From assembly GCA_035552975.1 (NCBI GenBank), contig DATNEN010000137.1, positions 159 to 64,158 on the forward strand: 64,000 nucleotides of DNA. The letters run 5' to 3'. Below, piece by piece: positions 19,444 to 28,362 of the stretch. A program made the position numbers and the translations under genes. Positions within the stretch are counted from its first letter, which is position 1; each line of letters opens with the position of its first letter. Under the pieces are notes generated by a model. The model was not told the DNA's origin. It was given only the letters and a program-made list of their open reading frames with translations, and made no database searches. The stretch is from Steroidobacteraceae bacterium. GTDB taxonomy: Bacteria > Pseudomonadota > Gammaproteobacteria > Steroidobacterales > Steroidobacteraceae.

Positions 19444-19809
19444 CTAGTACTCGTCGCGGTCTCCCGCCTCTTCATCCTCGTCGAGGTCATCGTCCTCGTC
19501 CTCGTCGTCGTCGTCCTCATCCTCATCCTCATCCTCATCCCAGTCCTCGTCCTCATCCTCGTCTTCTTCTTCGTCGTCGTCTTCTTCCTGGGATTCGGCC
19601 CAGCCCTCCGGCTCCTGGGTGTGCTCGAGGTCCATCTCGTGCCAGGCCTCGAGGTCGATTTCCTCGATGTCGCCATCGAGATACTCGATCTCCACCAGCT
19701 CCGAGTCCTCATCGACCGACAGCACGCGGAAGGACTCTTCTTCTTCGAGGTTTTCGTACCACTGCCCGACAACCGGCTCGTAATCTCTGCTCACCGCGCG
19801 TGTCCTCAA
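19444..19809 (-). CDS. Small, extremely acidic protein (Asp/Glu-rich tail; possibly DUF6763-like)
   Basis: 121 aa. The N-terminal part [49 protein letters not shown] is followed by about 50 residues of almost pure D/E. The family assignment is from memory. Confidence 0.55.
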   Translation of the reverse strand: MRTRAVSRDYEPVVGQWYENLEEEESFRVLSVDEDSELVEIEYLDGDIEEIDLEAWHEMDLEHTQEPEGWAESQEEDDDEEEDEDEDEDWDEDEDEDEDDDDEDEDDDLDEDEEAGDRDEY

Positions 19810-19997
19810 CGGCCTTCGTATTTTCAGCGGGCGGTAAGTTTAGGGGGTGCCGTGGCCTTGGGCAACGAGTCCGAGGAGCCTCAGGCGCCGGTGAAGGTGG
19901 CGATGGGCCGCTGGCGGTCCAGTCCGATGCATACCACGTGCCCGCGGGCGGCTTTTCCGTCGCGGCGGATGGGCTGATTGCGTATAGTTTTCGCACC

Positions 19998-21191
19998 ATG
20001 AATGCCCGGCGTACCCCGACATCACCGCTCACGCTGGCGCGCCGCGTCGTCGTCAAGGTGGGCTCCTCGTTGCTGGTGGACCAGGAGACCGGGCGCATCA
20101 ATCGCAGCTGGCTGGAAACGCTCGTCGAGGACCTCCTGCGCCTGCGGAAACGGGGCCAGCAGGTCATCCTGGTGTCCTCCGGCGCGATTGCCCTCGGGCG
20201 CCGCCAGCTCGGCCTCGCCAAGGGCGCCTTGCGCCTGGAGGAGAGCCAGGCCGCCGCCGCCGTGGGCCAGATTCGCCTCGCGCACGCCTACAAGGAGCTG
20301 CTGGAAGCGCAGCAGGTCACCGTCGCCCAGGTCCTGCTCACTCTGGAGGACAGCGAGCGCCGGCGGCGCTATCTGAACGCCCGGGCGACGCTGGAATCCC
20401 TGCTCGCTTTGGGTGCACTGCCGGTCATCAACGAGAACGACACCGTCGCCACGGCCGAGATCCGCTACGGCGATAATGACCGCCTCGCCGCGCGTGTCGC
20501 ACAAATGGCGGGCGCCGACTGTCTCTTGCTGCTCTCGGACGTCGATGGACTTTACACGGCCGATCCCAACAAAGATCCGAACGCGCAGTTCATCGAGCAG
20601 GTTCGGCACATCACACCGGAGATCGAGGCGATGGCCGGACGCTCGGCGTCCGATGTGGGCTCCGGCGGAATGACAACGAAGATTCTCGCGGCGAAGATCG
20701 CTGTGTCTGCCGGATGCCATATGTGCATTGCCGCCGGCCACCACCGGCACCCGGTGCGGCGCATCGAGGAGGACGAGACGCGGCGCACGTGGTTCCTGCC
20801 CACGGGGAACCCGGTTGCTGCCCGCAAGCAATGGATCGCCGGCACGCTCAATCCAGCCGGTTCGATTACCATCGATGCTGGCGCATTGCGCGCGCTGCTC
20901 GACGGCAAGAGTCTGCTGCCCGCCGGAGTCATCAAGTCCCGCGGCCGCTTCGAACGCGGCGACACTGTGAGTGTGCTCACGCCCGAAGGCATCGAGATCG
21001 CTCGCGGCATCATCGCCTATTCGGACGTCGATGCCGCGCGCATCATGGGTCGCAAGTCCTCGGAGATCGAGGGACTGCTGGGCTTCCGTGGCCGGGACGA
21101 GATGATCCACCGTGACAATCTCGTCATCATTCGCCACGAGCCTCACTCTGGTGAGACTGTTCGTGTTGGCGCCGCGGAGTCGCCGGGATGA
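19998..21191 (+). CDS. proB: Glutamate 5-kinase
   Basis: The internal ATG 19998 (MNARRTP…) begins the homologous region: [11 protein letters not shown]…, NENDTVAT, and a PUA domain at the C-terminus. The upstream 292 codons of the ORF are antisense to the acidic and VIT genes. Confidence 0.9.
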   Translation: MNARRTPTSPLTLARRVVVKVGSSLLVDQETGRINRSWLETLVEDLLRLRKRGQQVILVSSGAIALGRRQLGLAKGALRLEESQAAAAVGQIRLAHAYKELLEAQQVTVAQVLLTLEDSERRRRYLNARATLESLLALGALPVINENDTVATAEIRYGDNDRLAARVAQMAGADCLLLLSDVDGLYTADPNKDPNAQFIEQVRHITPEIEAMAGRSASDVGSGGMTTKILAAKIAVSAGCHMCIAAGHHRHPVRRIEEDETRRTWFLPTGNPVAARKQWIAGTLNPAGSITIDAGALRALLDGKSLLPAGVIKSRGRFERGDTVSVLTPEGIEIARGIIAYSDVDAARIMGRKSSEIEGLLGFRGRDEMIHRDNLVIIRHEPHSGETVRVGAAESPG

Positions 21192-22468
21192 GCGCACACA
21201 TGGATACCCACATCGGCGAGCTGATGGAAGGACTCGGCAAGGCTGCAGTGAAAGCGGCTGCCGTGCTCGCGTTGGCCGGAACTGCAAAGAAGAACGCCGC
21301 GCTGGTGGCTGCTGCCGCCGCGATTCGCGCACGGCGTGCCGAGATCCTCGCCTCGAACGAGCGCGATATGACAGCGGCCCGGGCCGCGAAGTTGAGCGGG
21401 GCACTGCTCGATAGATTGCACCTGGATGAGAAGCGCGTGGAGTCGATGGCGCGCAGCATCGAGGAAATCGTGGCCATCCAAGACCCGATCGGGACTACGG
21501 CCGCGGAATGGGAACGCCCCAACGGATTGCGGATCCAGCGCGTGCGGGTGCCCCTTGGGGTCATCGGAATCATCTACGAGAGTCGCCCGAACGTCACCGC
21601 CGACGCCGGGACGCTGTGCCTGAAGTCCGGCAACGCCGTGATCCTGCGGGGCGGTTCGGAAAGCCGGCACTCCAACGCGGCGATTCACTCGTGCCTGGTG
21701 GACGGATTGCGCGCCGCCGAGTTGCCGGCGGAATGCATTCAGTTGGTGCCCACCACCGATCGCGCCGCTGTTGGGTACATGCTCGCTGGGATGACGGATT
21801 ATCTGGACGTGATCGTGCCGCGAGGGGGCAAGAGCCTCGTCGCCCGCGTGCAGCAGGAAGCTCGTGTTCCAGTGATCGGACATCTCGAAGGCAACTGTCA
21901 TGTTTACGTTGATCGGGACGCTGACGTTCGGATGGCGCGCACGATCGCCGTGAACGCCAAGATGCGTCGCACGGGAATTTGCGGCGCGGCCGAGACGCTC
22001 TTGGTGGATCGGGCGTGCGTCGACACGCATCTCGCCCCGATCGTCATGGATCTTCTGCAGGCTGGGTGTGAGGTGCGTGGCGACGCGACCGTTCAGAAGG
22101 TCGATCCGCGTGTGCGGACCGCCGTGGAAGACGATTGGTACACGGAGTACCTGGACGCGATCATCGCTGCGCGCGTCGTCGATGGCGTCGATGACGCTGT
22201 CGCTCATATCGCCAAGTACGGTTCGGCGCATACCGAGACGATTGTGACTGACAATGAGGCTACGGCCGACCGCTTTTTGCGGCACGTCGACAGCGCGATC
22301 GTGCTGCACAACGCCTCGACTCAATTTGCCGATGGCGGCGAGTTCGGGATGGGCGCGGAGATCGGGATTTCCACCGATCGCTTCCATGCGCGCGGACCGG
22401 TCGGCGCGGAGCAGCTGACCAGCTACAAATACGTGGTGCGGGGGAAAGGGCAGGTCAGGCCAGGGTGA
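21188..22468 (+). CDS. proA: Glutamate-5-semialdehyde dehydrogenase (gamma-glutamyl phosphate reductase)
   Basis: 426 aa, ProA pattern throughout ([29 protein letters not shown]). ATGA overlap with proB. Confidence 0.9.
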   Translation: MSAHMDTHIGELMEGLGKAAVKAAAVLALAGTAKKNAALVAAAAAIRARRAEILASNERDMTAARAAKLSGALLDRLHLDEKRVESMARSIEEIVAIQDPIGTTAAEWERPNGLRIQRVRVPLGVIGIIYESRPNVTADAGTLCLKSGNAVILRGGSESRHSNAAIHSCLVDGLRAAELPAECIQLVPTTDRAAVGYMLAGMTDYLDVIVPRGGKSLVARVQQEARVPVIGHLEGNCHVYVDRDADVRMARTIAVNAKMRRTGICGAAETLLVDRACVDTHLAPIVMDLLQAGCEVRGDATVQKVDPRVRTAVEDDWYTEYLDAIIAARVVDGVDDAVAHIAKYGSAHTETIVTDNEATADRFLRHVDSAIVLHNASTQFADGGEFGMGAEIGISTDRFHARGPVGAEQLTSYKYVVRGKGQVRPG

Positions 22469-22515
22469 TTCCGCCAGGGGCGATCACGCCAGGAGGGCCT
22501 CGCGAGACTCGCTGT

Positions 22516-24210
22516 TCAGCCGGGGACTCGCTTGGATGCGCGGTGCAGCAGCGCCTGGATGCCCCCGCGTAACGAATAGACGGACTTCCATCCGCGCGAG
22601 CGCAACTCCAGCGCCGCGGCCAGACTCCTGCGTCCGCTGGCACAAACCAACAGGCACTTTCCTGCAGGCTCCGCCTTTTGCCCGTGCAGCAGCTCGGCCA
22701 TCGGAATGTGGCGGGATTGCGAGGCCGGAGTGGGGATCTGCTGGAGCTCCTGGGGCTCCCGGATGTCCACGATCTGGAATCCCTCGCCTATGGCTTCCGC
22801 AAGGGATTCGAACTGGAACTCGGCCTCTTCGGGAGTGGGCGCCTTCGCGGCGGCGTTCGCTCGCGCGATGGCGTGCTCGGGACAGTCCTTGGCTCGACGT
22901 GTCCGCACACGTGAGATGGACATCGTGAGCAAGTTCATTACCAGCAGCTCTTCGCTGATCTGACCAGGCAGATTCAGCAGGATCTTGAGCGCCTCCAGAG
23001 CCTGGAGCGTGCCAAACACCCCCGGTACGGGCCCCAGCACGCCGGCCTCGGAGCAATTTCCAACGATGCCGTCACGTGTGGCTTCCGGCCACACGCATCG
23101 CAGACATGCGCCGTCGCGATCTGGCCGCACGACCTGCAGCTGTCCCTCGTACTGATAGACGCTGGAGAAGATGACCGGCTTGCGGAGCTGTACGCAGACG
23201 TCATTCAACATGAACTTGGTTGCGAAGTTGTCCGTGCAGTCGATGATCAGGTCGTACTGCGCCAGGACCTCGCGCGCGTTCTGCGCGTTCAGCCGCATCA
23301 CGTGAGTCGGCGCATCCACCTCCGGATTGAGGGCCCGAACGCGCTCCGCGGCCAGCTCGGCCTTCGGTTTGCCGACATCGGCAAGCGAATACAGCGTCTG
23401 GCGATGGAGGTTCGACGGCTCCAGCCGGTCGCTGTCCAGCAAGCCGAGACGTCCGATACCCGCACCGGAAAGATAACTGATGATCGGGACACCGAGACCG
23501 CCGCAGCCCACCACCAGCACGCGAGCGGCTCGCAGTTTGGCCTGGCCCGAGGCCCCGACTTCCTTGAGCGCCATCTGGCGGGAGTAGTCGGGCACGACCG
23601 GCGTAGGCAAGCGCGCGGCGAGCTGATCGTCGTCGTGGTGATCGTGCGAATGGGCGTTATCGTGCGAATGGGCGTTATCGTGCGAGTGGGCGGGATCGTG
23701 GGAATGGGCGTGGTCGTGCGAATGCGCATGGTCGTGCGCGGTCGCCGAGTCATGCGCCTCATGCGCCGACGGCGCGGCGCAGCGCTCGCAGTTGACCCAT
23801 CCGGAGTCACCATTGACGTAGTGCTCCTTCTTCCAGATGGGAACACGATGCTTCACTTCGTCGATGATGTACCGGCACGCGAGGAAAGCCTCGCCGCGGT
23901 GTCGCGAGCTGACTCCAACCCACACCGCCATATCACCGATCGCGAGATCACCAACGCGGTGCACGCACGCGGCGTGCTCGACTCCATACTTTGCGACGGC
24001 TTCGGCGATGATGCGCTCGCCTTCCTTCACCGCCAGCGCCTCGAACGCCTGGTACTCCAGATGTCGTACCTGCTGGCCCTCGTTGTGGTTGCGCACCAAC
24101 CCTTCGAACGAGGCGTAGCCGCCGCACGTGGGATCGGCGAGATCCGCGCGTAACGCGGCCACATCGATAGGATCCTGGCTGAAACGAAAGCGGCTCACGG
24201 GAGCGTCCAC
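22516..24210 (-). CDS. Tri-domain fusion: MoaE (MPT synthase catalytic subunit) - His-rich repeat linker - MoeB/ThiF-type adenylyltransferase - rhodanese
   Basis: Residues 1 to ~150 are MoaE (FEGLVRNHNEG…VWVGVSSRHRGEAF…VPIWKKE). Next comes AHDHAHSHDHAHSHDPAHSHDNAHSHDNAHSHDHHDDD. Then the ThiF fold (YSRQMAL…VLVVGCGGLG, CxxC ACLRC). The C-terminal rhodanese has the active-site loop CASGRRS. No stop or frameshift lies between the domains. Confidence 0.85.
   Translation of the reverse strand: MDAPVSRFRFSQDPIDVAALRADLADPTCGGYASFEGLVRNHNEGQQVRHLEYQAFEALAVKEGERIIAEAVAKYGVEHAACVHRVGDLAIGDMAVWVGVSSRHRGEAFLACRYIIDEVKHRVPIWKKEHYVNGDSGWVNCERCAAPSAHEAHDSATAHDHAHSHDHAHSHDPAHSHDNAHSHDNAHSHDHHDDDQLAARLPTPVVPDYSRQMALKEVGASGQAKLRAARVLVVGCGGLGVPIISYLSGAGIGRLGLLDSDRLEPSNLHRQTLYSLADVGKPKAELAAERVRALNPEVDAPTHVMRLNAQNAREVLAQYDLIIDCTDNFATKFMLNDVCVQLRKPVIFSSVYQYEGQLQVVRPDRDGACLRCVWPEATRDGIVGNCSEAGVLGPVPGVFGTLQALEALKILLNLPGQISEELLVMNLLTMSISRVRTRRAKDCPEHAIARANAAAKAPTPEEAEFQFESLAEAIGEGFQIVDIREPQELQQIPTPASQSRHIPMAELLHGQKAEPAGKCLLVCASGRRSLAAALELRSRGWKSVYSLRGGIQALLHRASKRVPG
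23641..23748. repeat. 18-bp in-frame tandem repeat (5-6 units; the first two identical) encoding the (H-S-H-D-x-A)n linker
   Basis: ATCGTGCGAATGGGCGTT occurs at 23641 and again at 23659. Progressively diverged copies follow at 23677, 23695, 23713 and 23731. Confidence 0.85.
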
Positions 24211-24214
24211 CGTC

Positions 24215-25057
24215 TCAGCCGCCGGCCACGGGCGGGATGAATACGACCGAGTCGCCGTCGGCGAGCGGTTGCGACCATTCGCCGAATTCGGCGTTCACTG
24301 CGACGCGCAGCATCTCCGGCGCGAGGGAGAACGGGTAGCGTGCTTTCAGCTCTTCATACAGCTCGCGCGGCGTGCACGCCTCCGTGACGAGAGCTTCCTC
24401 ACTTCGGCCTGCCTGTTCGCGCAACAGCGCGTAGTACTGCACCTTCACGTTCTTGCGTGCGGGTGCGCTGCTCAGAGATGTCATGGCAGTGCCATACTCC
24501 TCCGGGGTATTGATGTTGTCGAGCGCGCGCGGATTGGGCTCGTCGATGAGGCGCGCCTCCGACCTGATCAGGAACTTGCGCGGGCAAGTCCGGCCCGTGT
24601 CGACATACGCTTCGATGTTCCCGCGGCTCGAGGGCTCCCAGATCGCGCAGAGCGGTTCGGGCAGGCCGTCGTGGCTCGACCGGAATGCGGTCGCAGGCCG
24701 CTGCGGGTCGCGCCCGGCGAGCAGTGTCTGCAGGGTGCCCGCGTCCAGGAATGGCAGATCGCACGCGATCACGAGCCACGCGACATCCGGATAACGTGCC
24801 TGGGCGGCCACGATGCCGCCGATGGGCCCAAGTCCCTGGCGTGTGTCGGCAATGAGCGCGAATTGCGCGCGCACCGGATCGTCCGCCTGGTCGGCACGCA
24901 CGGACACGAAAGCCTTGTCTACGTAGGGCTCGATGAACGACATCGCCCATTCGAGCTGCGTGTGCCCGTGATAGCGCAGCGCGGCCTTGTCCCGCTGCAT
25001 GCGGGTGCTGTGTCCGCCAGCGAGAACCAATCCGTACAGGGGAGCAGGAGTGGTCAT
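24215..25057 (-). CDS. Fusion of MobA-like molybdenum cofactor nucleotidyltransferase and MoaD (MPT synthase sulfur-carrier subunit)
   Basis: The N-terminal ~195 aa are MobA (LVLAGGHSTRM, ACDLPFL, NINTPEEY). The C-terminal ~80 aa are MoaD, ending …GDSVVFIPPVAGG-stop. An in-frame internal ATG at 24484 could also give a free 89-aa MoaD. Confidence 0.85.
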   Translation of the reverse strand: MTTPAPLYGLVLAGGHSTRMQRDKAALRYHGHTQLEWAMSFIEPYVDKAFVSVRADQADDPVRAQFALIADTRQGLGPIGGIVAAQARYPDVAWLVIACDLPFLDAGTLQTLLAGRDPQRPATAFRSSHDGLPEPLCAIWEPSSRGNIEAYVDTGRTCPRKFLIRSEARLIDEPNPRALDNINTPEEYGTAMTSLSSAPARKNVKVQYYALLREQAGRSEEALVTEACTPRELYEELKARYPFSLAPEMLRVAVNAEFGEWSQPLADGDSVVFIPPVAGG

Positions 25058-25067
25058 CTTGTGCCAG

Positions 25068-25562
25068 TCATCTCTTGAAGTCGCGTTTGCCGCCGGTTTT
25101 CTCGATCAGCCGCACGCCGTCGATCTCGATGTCGTGCGAGAGCGCCTTGCACATGTCATAGATGGTCAGGGCAGCCACCGCCGCGCCCGTCAACGCTTCC
25201 ATCTCTACGCCGGTGCGATGGTGGATGGACACGCGGCAACGGATGAGAAGACCTGCCGCACCCTCGTCCTCGACCTCGATCGAGCAGTTGTCCAGGCCGA
25301 GCGGATGACAGAACGGGATCAGCTCGTGCGTTTTCTTCGCCGCCATCACTCCGGCGACGATCGCAGTGTCGAATACCGGACCCTTTTTCGTCCGGTGTCC
25401 GGACTTGCGCAGCGCGGCCGCGACGTTGCGCGGCATTTTGATCCGCGCCTCCGCGACGGCGACACGCTGGGTGACTTGCTTTGCGCCGACATCGACCATG
25501 GTTGGCCGGTTAGCGTCGTCCAGATGCGTCAGCCGCGTCACATTGGTTGATCTTGCCGCCAT
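25068..25562 (-). CDS. moaC: Cyclic pyranopterin monophosphate synthase accessory protein MoaC
   Basis: 164 aa. LTHLD…MVDVGAK, IPFCHPL and [24 protein letters not shown] motifs. Confidence 0.9.
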   Translation of the reverse strand: MAARSTNVTRLTHLDDANRPTMVDVGAKQVTQRVAVAEARIKMPRNVAAALRKSGHRTKKGPVFDTAIVAGVMAAKKTHELIPFCHPLGLDNCSIEVEDEGAAGLLIRCRVSIHHRTGVEMEALTGAAVAALTIYDMCKALSHDIEIDGVRLIEKTGGKRDFKR

Positions 25563-25565
25563 GCA

Positions 25566-26645
25566 TCAGCCGCCGATGTAGAACATCTCGACCTTGCGTT
25601 TCGCTTCCTCCGACTGGCGCACTCGCGAGCGGATCTCGCTGTAACGATCCGAGCGGGCCAGCCAGATGTTGCGGAGCATTTCCAGAAGCTGATCGTCCGT
25701 AGCGCCGCTGCGCAGCGCGTCGCGGACGCTCGTGCCCTGGGTCGCGAACAAGCAGGTGTAGACCACGCCGTCCGAGGAGAGGCGGGCGCGTGAGCAGTCG
25801 CCGCAGAAAGGCTGGGTCACCGAGGAGATGAAACCGATCTCACCCTGGCCGTCGTCGAACGCGTAGCGCTTCGCGACCTCGCCGCGATATTCGCTCTCGA
25901 CCGCGTGCAGCGGCCAGAGAGCTCCAATGCGCTGCGCGAGCTCCTTGGAAGGAACCACGAGATCCTCGCGCCAGGCATTGCGATTGCCGACGTCCATGTA
26001 TTCGATGAAGCGGACGATGACGCCGGTGCCGCGAAAACGGCGCACGAGGTCGATGGCGGTGTGATCGTTCACGCCGCGCTGAATGACGGCGTTGACTTTG
26101 ATGGGCGTCAGGTCGGACTGCAGCGCATGCTCGATACCGTTCAGCACGTCATCGATCCCGCCGAAGCCGCCGCTCATGCGCGCAAAGATCTCCGGGTCGA
26201 GGGTATCCAGGCTGACGGTGATTCGCCTGAGGCCTGCCGCCTTGAGCTCTGCCGCATAGCGGCCCAGCAATACGCCGTTGGTGGTCAAGGCGACGTCTTC
26301 GACCTCGGGTATGGCAGTCAGGTCGCCGATGAGGTCGGCAAGGTTCGCCCGCAGCAGGGGCTCGCCACCGGTCAGGCGCAGCTTGCGCACTCCAAGCTGC
26401 ACGAACAGCCGGCTCAGCCGCACGATCTCATCGAACGAGAGCCGCTCGTGTGAGCCGAGAAACTTGTATTTCTCGTGAAAGGTCTCCCGCGGCATGCAGT
26501 AGGGGCAGCGGAAGTTGCAGCGGTCCATCACCGAGATGCGCAGGTCCCGCAGCGGCCGGCCGAGGGTATCGCGCGGGGTCGGCGCTGGCTTGGCCATACC
26601 TGGGGCAAGGGTGCTCAGCGGAACAATGACTTCACGTCGGGCCAT
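25566..26645 (-). CDS. moaA: GTP 3',8-cyclase MoaA (radical SAM)
   Basis: CNFRCPYCMP cluster motif and the C-terminal CGDCSRARLSSDG…GG tail. ATG 26645 is preferred over the TTG at 26654 used by the ORF track. Confidence 0.9.
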   Translation of the reverse strand: MARREVIVPLSTLAPGMAKPAPTPRDTLGRPLRDLRISVMDRCNFRCPYCMPRETFHEKYKFLGSHERLSFDEIVRLSRLFVQLGVRKLRLTGGEPLLRANLADLIGDLTAIPEVEDVALTTNGVLLGRYAAELKAAGLRRITVSLDTLDPEIFARMSGGFGGIDDVLNGIEHALQSDLTPIKVNAVIQRGVNDHTAIDLVRRFRGTGVIVRFIEYMDVGNRNAWREDLVVPSKELAQRIGALWPLHAVESEYRGEVAKRYAFDDGQGEIGFISSVTQPFCGDCSRARLSSDGVVYTCLFATQGTSVRDALRSGATDDQLLEMLRNIWLARSDRYSEIRSRVRQSEEAKRKVEMFYIGG

Positions 26646-26726
26646 GATATCCAAGCGTTTACCACGCCCCCGGAGGCAAAGCCAATCGGGCGGGGCTATG
26701 GCAGGTATGGGGCCGGACCGGCGCGT

Positions 26727-27926
26727 TTACCAGCGATGCAGCCGCGTGACAAAGCCTTTGGGATAGACATTAGGGCCTGGAGGAAGCTCCACGAACCCGT
26801 CCGTACCTGCCAGGGCGGTGAAGTCCCCTGAGCCGTTGGTGGGCTTGGGAACCGCCCACGCGCGGCCCCAGTCATCGACCTCCACGCGGACGGGCATGAA
26901 GAAAGTGAGCGGGACGCCCACGTTGACCGGACCGCCCAGGGCCATTTTTTCCGGCGGCGGCGCAGTGCGCCCCATGGCGCTGAACAGGGCAGGGAGGACG
27001 AAGCGGGTGAGGCAGACGATGGCGGACACAGGGTTTCCCGGGAGGGCGAACACCGCCGTGCCCGAGCCCGCGACGCCGAACCACATGGGCTTGCCCGGAC
27101 GCTGGGCCACCTTATGGAAAACTGCGCGGACCCCCAGGTCCTGGAGCGCCCGTGGAACGAGGTCCATTTTCCCCATCGACACGCCGCCCGTGAGGATGAG
27201 GACGTCGTGGGTCTCGAGGTGAAACTTCAGCCGCTGCCGGAGCTCGGACAGGTCGTCCAGGATGTGGTCGTCCGCCACCCGCTGAAAGCCATGGGAGCGC
27301 AGTGCAGCGGCGATGGCGTAGGTGTTCGACCTGCGAACCTGGTGCGGCAGGATCGGCTCGCCGGGCTCGACCAGCTCGTTGCCCGTGGAGATGACTGCCA
27401 ACATCGGCTGGCTGCTGACGCGCACGCGCGCCATTCCGGCCGAGGCCGCGATCGCGATCTCCGGCGCACGCAGCTCCGCCCCCGCGGATAGCAGCAACGC
27501 GCCCTGGCGCGAGTCGGAGCCGCGCCGGTGAACGTTCTGCCATGGATCGACAGCCACGTCGCCGCCGATCTCGGCACTGCCGCTGCTGATCGAGATCTGC
27601 TCCACCGGCACGACGCTGTCGCAACCTGCCGGAACGACGGCGCCGGTCATGACCTCGATGCACGCGCCGGCCTCCGCCAGCGTCAGCGGCGGATCCCCGG
27701 CGGCCTGAGTCGCCTGGATCCGCAGCCTGCGTGTCCCTGAGCGGACGGTGCCGCTGTCGAGCGCGATGCCGTCCATCGACACGCGGTCAAACGGCGGTTG
27801 GTCCCGCTCCGCGTAGATGTTCTCGCGCAGCACGGCCCCTGCGCATTGCGCGAGTGGGAGAGACTCGATCGGCAGGCATTGCAGCTGCTGCCCGATCAGC
27901 TCATCGGCCTGGGCGGGCTCGAGCAC
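26727..27926 (-). CDS. moeA: Molybdopterin molybdotransferase MoeA
   Basis: 399 aa with the MoeA pattern (FDRVSMDGIAL, ILTGGVSMGKMD, ALPGNPVSA). Confidence 0.9.
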   Translation of the reverse strand: MLEPAQADELIGQQLQCLPIESLPLAQCAGAVLRENIYAERDQPPFDRVSMDGIALDSGTVRSGTRRLRIQATQAAGDPPLTLAEAGACIEVMTGAVVPAGCDSVVPVEQISISSGSAEIGGDVAVDPWQNVHRRGSDSRQGALLLSAGAELRAPEIAIAASAGMARVRVSSQPMLAVISTGNELVEPGEPILPHQVRRSNTYAIAAALRSHGFQRVADDHILDDLSELRQRLKFHLETHDVLILTGGVSMGKMDLVPRALQDLGVRAVFHKVAQRPGKPMWFGVAGSGTAVFALPGNPVSAIVCLTRFVLPALFSAMGRTAPPPEKMALGGPVNVGVPLTFFMPVRVEVDDWGRAWAVPKPTNGSGDFTALAGTDGFVELPPGPNVYPKGFVTRLHRW

Positions 27927-27930
27927 TTAC

Positions 27931-28329
27931 TCACTTCTTTTGATCGGCAGCCTTCGCCTTGAAGATCCGCACCTGCTCGTTGAAGCGGTCGGCGATCGAC
28001 TGGTCGGCGTCCAGAGCGGCGTTGTGCTTCTGGATCTGCACCCGCTGGAGCTCGTCGATCGCCTTCTGCTGGTCGGCGGTCGGCTTGTCGCCGGGCTTGA
28101 CCACCACCTTCTTCACGCTGTCGTCGTATTCGAGCTTGATGCAGGCGATGTAGGCGTTGATGTCGGAGTCGAACTGCTTGACCGCTTTCTGAGCCGTGAC
28201 CATCTCGGCCATGGTCGCCGTGCGGCCGTCAGGGAGCTTGTCGGGAGCGGTCGGATAGGTGCAATCGGCGTAGGCGCTGCCGGCAGCGCACACAGCCAGG
28301 GAGACCGTCAGCGGAAAGAATGCTTTCAT
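27931..28329 (-). CDS. Small secreted/periplasmic protein of unknown function
   Basis: 132 aa. Signal peptide (…AAGSAYA/DC), two Cys in the mature part, and a Lys/Gln-rich helical C-terminus. Its stop is only 4 nt upstream of the moeA ATG. Confidence 0.55.
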   Translation of the reverse strand: MKAFFPLTVSLAVCAAGSAYADCTYPTAPDKLPDGRTATMAEMVTAQKAVKQFDSDINAYIACIKLEYDDSVKKVVVKPGDKPTADQQKAIDELQRVQIQKHNAALDADQSIADRFNEQVRIFKAKAADQKK

Positions 28330-28362
28330 GACCTTGAATCCTTCGAATTAGTGGTCAGCACT

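Noticed and set aside
19122-19997. 292-codon N-terminal extension of the proB ORF, including a [22 protein letters not shown] tract
   Set aside because: This stretch is the complement of the acidic-protein gene and of the VIT upstream extension. The His/Pro/Arg repeats are simply the reverse reading of the GAx-codon tract. ProB homology begins at the internal ATG 19998.
23298-23846. Alternative-frame ORFs across the His-repeat (…TIPPTRTITPIRTITPIRTITTTT…, and plus-strand …VVVIVRMGVIVRMGVIVRVGG…)
   Set aside because: These are frame-shifted or antisense readings of the same 18-bp repeat. Only the MoaE-MoeB frame has homology on both sides of the repeat.
26646-26726. Possible Moco riboswitch in the moeA-moaA spacer
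   Set aside because: The spacer is only ~80 nt, much shorter than the Moco RNA motif as I recall it. Beyond a GCCUCCG-like stretch, I could not recognise its conserved blocks or a convincing multi-stem fold. A covariance-model scan (RF01055) would settle it; I expect no hit.
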